Made by a program: the position numbers and the translations under genes. From positions 53,345 through 117,344 of the forward strand of contig CBDAQV010000010.1 of NCBI GenBank assembly GCA_965199265.1: a DNA stretch of 64,000 nt, given 5' to 3'. Below are positions 60,778 through 64,000 of this stretch, piece by piece (positions within the stretch are counted from its first letter, which is position 1; each line of letters opens with the position of its first letter). The notes under the pieces were generated by a model that was not told where the DNA came from, did no database searches, and saw only the letters and a program-made list of their open reading frames with translations. The stretch comes from Alphaproteobacteria bacterium. GTDB taxonomy: Bacteria > Pseudomonadota > Alphaproteobacteria > CALMVH01.

Positions 60778-62178
60778 CTACTCCGCCGCCGTCTTCTCCC
60801 GCTCCGTGCCTTGCACGCCCAGCAGCTTCAGCTTGCGGTGCAGGGCCGAGCGTTCCATGCCGATGAAGGTGGCGGTGCGCGAGATGTTGCCGCCGAAACG
60901 GGTGACCTGGGCCAGCAGGTACTCGCGCTCGAACACCTCGCGGGCATCACGCAGCGGCAGGCTCATCATTTCGGCGCCGCGATCCCATTTTACCACCGAC
61001 GGCGCGACGGCGGAGATTTCAGGGGGCAGCATGTCGGCGCGTATCGGGTCGCGGCCGCTGCCCGGGGCCATGATCAGCAGCCATTCGATCAGGTTGCGCA
61101 GCTGGCGGACGTTGCCGGGCCAATCGTAGGTCTGGAGCACGGCGACCGCGTCCTGCCCCAGTTCGCGTGGGCTGCCGCCCACCGCGTCCGCTGCGCGGCG
61201 AAGAAAATGCGTGGCAAGCAGGCTGATGTCCTCGCGCCGCTCGGCCAAAGCCGGCAACCGGATCGGCACGACGTTGAGGCGGTAAAACAGGTCTTGGCGG
61301 AACTGCCCGTCCGCCATTTCATACACCAGGTCGTGGTTGGTCGACGCGATGACGCGCACGTCAACCTCAACCCGGGCGGTGCCGCCGACGCGCTCGAACG
61401 TTTGGTCCTGCAGCGCGCGCACCATCTTGCCCTGAATCTCCAGCGACATGTCGGCGACTTCGTCCAGCAGCAGCGTGCCGTTATGCGCCTGCTCCAGCAA
61501 GCCGATCTTGCGCGTCGGCCCCTCGAAGGCCTGCTCGGTGCCGAACAGTTCGATCTCCAGCCGCTCGGGGCGGATCGCGGCGCAGTTGAGGATGACGAAC
61601 GGCCCATCGGCCCGCCGCGACTGGGTGTGGATCAGGCGCGAGACCAGCTCCTTGCCGGTACCGGGCGCGCCGGTGATCATGACGCGGCTATTGGTCGGCG
61701 CGACTTTTTCCAAAACGTGGCGTACCTGCGCGATGCCGGCGGAGGTGCCGATCAGCTCGGTGTCGGCTCCGGTTCGCGCCCGCAGCTCGCCGATTTCGCG
61801 GCGCAGGCGCGCTGACTCCAGCGCGCGCTCGACCAGCAGCAGCAGCCGGTCGGTCTTGAAGGGCTTCTCAATGAAATCGTAGGCGCCGCGCTTGATTGCC
61901 GCCACCGCGGTCTCGATCGTGCCATGGCCACTGATCATGATCACGGGCACGGTGGGATGGGTTTGCTGGATTTCCTCGAGCAGCTGCAGCCCGTCGAGCC
62001 GGCTGCCCTCCAGCCAGACGTCGAGGATGATGAGGTTGGGCTGGCGCTGCTTGCACGCGGCGAGCGCCTGGTCGCTGCCGCCGGCGTAACGTGCCGCATG
62101 CCCCTCGTCGGAGAGGATTCCACCAATCGCGAGCCGGATGTCGGCCTCGTCGTCGACGATGAGGATGTCGCTTGCCAT
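60778..62178 (-). CDS. ntrX: Response regulator NtrX
   Basis: REC + AAA+ + HTH (MERSALHRKLK); no GAFTGA; downstream of ntrY. Confidence 0.95.
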   Translation of the reverse strand: MASDILIVDDEADIRLAIGGILSDEGHAARYAGGSDQALAACKQRQPNLIILDVWLEGSRLDGLQLLEEIQQTHPTVPVIMISGHGTIETAVAAIKRGAYDFIEKPFKTDRLLLLVERALESARLRREIGELRARTGADTELIGTSAGIAQVRHVLEKVAPTNSRVMITGAPGTGKELVSRLIHTQSRRADGPFVILNCAAIRPERLEIELFGTEQAFEGPTRKIGLLEQAHNGTLLLDEVADMSLEIQGKMVRALQDQTFERVGGTARVEVDVRVIASTNHDLVYEMADGQFRQDLFYRLNVVPIRLPALAERREDISLLATHFLRRAADAVGGSPRELGQDAVAVLQTYDWPGNVRQLRNLIEWLLIMAPGSGRDPIRADMLPPEISAVAPSVVKWDRGAEMMSLPLRDAREVFEREYLLAQVTRFGGNISRTATFIGMERSALHRKLKLLGVQGTEREKTAAE

Positions 62179-62311
62179 TAAGCCACTTGTCCCAAAATCA
62201 GGCAGTGGGCGTCAAGGGGTGTGATCATGTTGCCACGGTGTGGCGCAGTTGGTGATGTTACTCGTAATACAGTGCATATCCATTTTACATATGTAAAAAT
62301 TGCCCTTATTA

Positions 62312-62431
62312 ACCCTCCTCCCTGCGTAGAAGGTAGCTACTGCTCAGCAATGTTGGATGAGGGCTGGTTAGAACCGTCGGCAGAGCCCCTCACCCTGATC
62401 CTCTCCCGCCGGTCGAGGGGACAATGCCGCT
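62312..62431. repeat. Degenerate palindromic REP/MITE-like element, copy 2
   Basis: CCCTCCTCCC...AGAAGG...GGATGAGGG...CCCCTCACCCTGATCCTCTCCC...GAGGGG. Confidence 0.6.
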
Positions 62432-64000
62432 GCTGGCATCTGGCACCCTCTCCAACGGAAACACCAGCGACACCACGGTCCCGCCGCCATCGCGGTCCTG
62501 CAGGATCAGCTCGCCGCCGTGGTCCTCCATGATCTTCTTGACGATGGCAAGGCCGAGGCCCGTGCCCTTGGCGCGGTTGGTGACGTAGGGTTCGGTCAAG
62601 CGCTCGCGCTCGACGACCGGCAGGCCGCGGCCGTTGTCCTCGACTGCGATCACGACCTGGTCCTCGTCAAGGGACAGCGCGATCCCGATCTCGCCGCGCG
62701 GCAGGGGAGCGCCTTCATCGGCGCTCCGCCCTTCGATCGCCTCGATGGCGTTCTGCAACAGGTTGGTGATCGCCTGCCCGATCTGCCGGCCGTCGCACTG
62801 CGCGACGATCGGTGGCGAGGGGAAGTCGAAGTGGAAGCCGAGCTCAGGATAGGCCTCGCCACGCAGCGCGAGAAGCTGGCGGCAGAGATCGTTCAGGTTC
62901 TCGCGCGCGAAGACCGGGGCCGGCATGCGGGCGAAGGAGGAAAACTCGTCCACCATGCGGCCGATGTCCTCGACATGGCGGATGATGGTGTCCGTGCAGG
63001 CCTGGAATGTCTCAAGGTCGCTGGTTATCTGCCTGGAATACTTGCGTTTCAGGCGCTCTGCCGAAAGCTGGATCGGGGTCAGCGGGTTTTTGATCTCGTG
63101 CGCGATACGGCGCGCGACATCGGCCCAGGCAGCCTTGCGCTGCGCGACCATAAGGTCGGTCAGGTCGTCGAAGGTAACGACGTAGCCGCGAATCTGGCCC
63201 CCGGTATGCTCGGCGCTGACGCGGAGCAGGAACGAGCGCTCGGGCGATCCGGGGCGGCGCAGGTCGATGTGCAGCTGTACGACGCGGTTGTTGCGCGGCG
63301 CGCCGCCCTCCAGGATCGCGCCCAGTTCGGGAATGAAGTCGGACAGATAGCGCCCGACCAGCTCCTCCGGCTCAAGGTCGAGGAATTGCGCCGCCGAGAT
63401 GTTGGCGAGGGTCATCCTGCCGCCCGCGTCCAGGCCGACCACCCCGGCCGACACGCCCGCGAGCACGGTCTCGGTGAACTGGCGGCGGAAGTCGAGCTGC
63501 TGGTTGGCTTCGACCAGGTCGCGGCGCTGGCCTTCCAGCTGCGCGGTCATGCGGTTGAAGGCGCGCGACAGGGTGGCCAGCTCGTCCTCGGTCCCGCCTT
63601 CGGCGACGCGCACGGTGAGGTCCCCTGCCCTGACCAGCTCGGTCACCTCGATCAGCGCCGCGATGGGGGTGACAAGATACTTGGCGAACAGGATGCCCAG
63701 CCATACGGCGGCCATCAGCAGCAGGAGCGCGATCACCATGAAGATGATCGTGATCTTGATCTGAATCTCGTTGCTGCGACCTTCCAGCTCCTTGTATTCC
63801 ACTACCGCATTCTGCGCGGTCAGGATCTGGCTGAGCACGTTGGGCTCGATCCGGCGCTCGACGTAGAGGAAACTGTCGACGAAGCGGTCAAGCCGCAGCA
63901 ACGCGCGCACGCGGTTGTCCTTGGCGCCTGTCAGGATCAGCACCTCGCCGTCGCGCGCGCGGTCGAGCTCGGTCGCGTCTGCCGGGTTGTACTCGAGTTC
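62390..64000 (-). CDS. ntrY: Sensor histidine kinase NtrY (start lies beyond the right edge)
   Basis: HAMP, PAS, AWADVARRIAHEIKNPLTPIQLSAERL, GTGLGL. Confidence 0.95.
   Translation of the reverse strand, partial: ELEYNPADATELDRARDGEVLILTGAKDNRVRALLRLDRFVDSFLYVERRIEPNVLSQILTAQNAVVEYKELEGRSNEIQIKITIIFMVIALLLLMAAVWLGILFAKYLVTPIAALIEVTELVRAGDLTVRVAEGGTEDELATLSRAFNRMTAQLEGQRRDLVEANQQLDFRRQFTETVLAGVSAGVVGLDAGGRMTLANISAAQFLDLEPEELVGRYLSDFIPELGAILEGGAPRNNRVVQLHIDLRRPGSPERSFLLRVSAEHTGGQIRGYVVTFDDLTDLMVAQRKAAWADVARRIAHEIKNPLTPIQLSAERLKRKYSRQITSDLETFQACTDTIIRHVEDIGRMVDEFSSFARMPAPVFARENLNDLCRQLLALRGEAYPELGFHFDFPSPPIVAQCDGRQIGQAITNLLQNAIEAIEGRSADEGAPLPRGEIGIALSLDEDQVVIAVEDNGRGLPVVERERLTEPYVTNRAKGTGLGLAIVKKIMEDHGGELILQDRDGGGTVVSLVFPLERVPDASSGIVPSTGGRGSG

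Noticed and set aside
60778-62178. Missing GAFTGA loop in the AAA+ regulator
   Set aside because: This is a known property of alphaproteobacterial NtrX
62221-62532. 103-aa plus-strand ORF across the ntrY-ntrX gap
   Set aside because: It overlaps ntrY antisense and the repeat element, with no protein-like features

Overview
GC-rich alphaproteobacterial chromosome segment (Rhodospirillales-like gene order; taxon inferred, not determined). It is mostly core genes: scpB/scpA/nagZ/SPOR/dgt, erpA-xth-serS-surE-pcm-nlpD, yajC-secDF, sodB, trmFO, uvrA, ssb, gyrA, coaD, recG, ppa, sdhE-mfd, mltB-rlpA-dacA-tmk-holB-metG-tatD, mazG, hflX-hfq and ntrX/ntrY, plus tRNA-Lys(TTT) and tRNA-Ser(TGA). I saw no CRISPR array, integrase or transposase. 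Best leads: (1) a 1187-aa protein with a pilin-like N-terminal helix and about 17 mostly six-cysteine thrombospondin type-1-like repeats, next to tRNA-Lys; (2) a 248-aa 'mini-ArgS' at the argS position that keeps both tRNA-binding domains but has lost the catalytic domain in frame; (3) a bphO-bacteriophytochrome operon coupled to a GT-C glycosyltransferase beside tRNA-Ser; (4) an HNH-like/SUKH-like pair between gyrA and coaD; (5) a MetRS whose HIGH motif reads TVGA; (6) a HEPN-MNT module coupled to trmFO; (7) a palindromic repeat that supplies the stop codons of tmk and ntrY. All calls come from reading motifs by eye; no searches were run.
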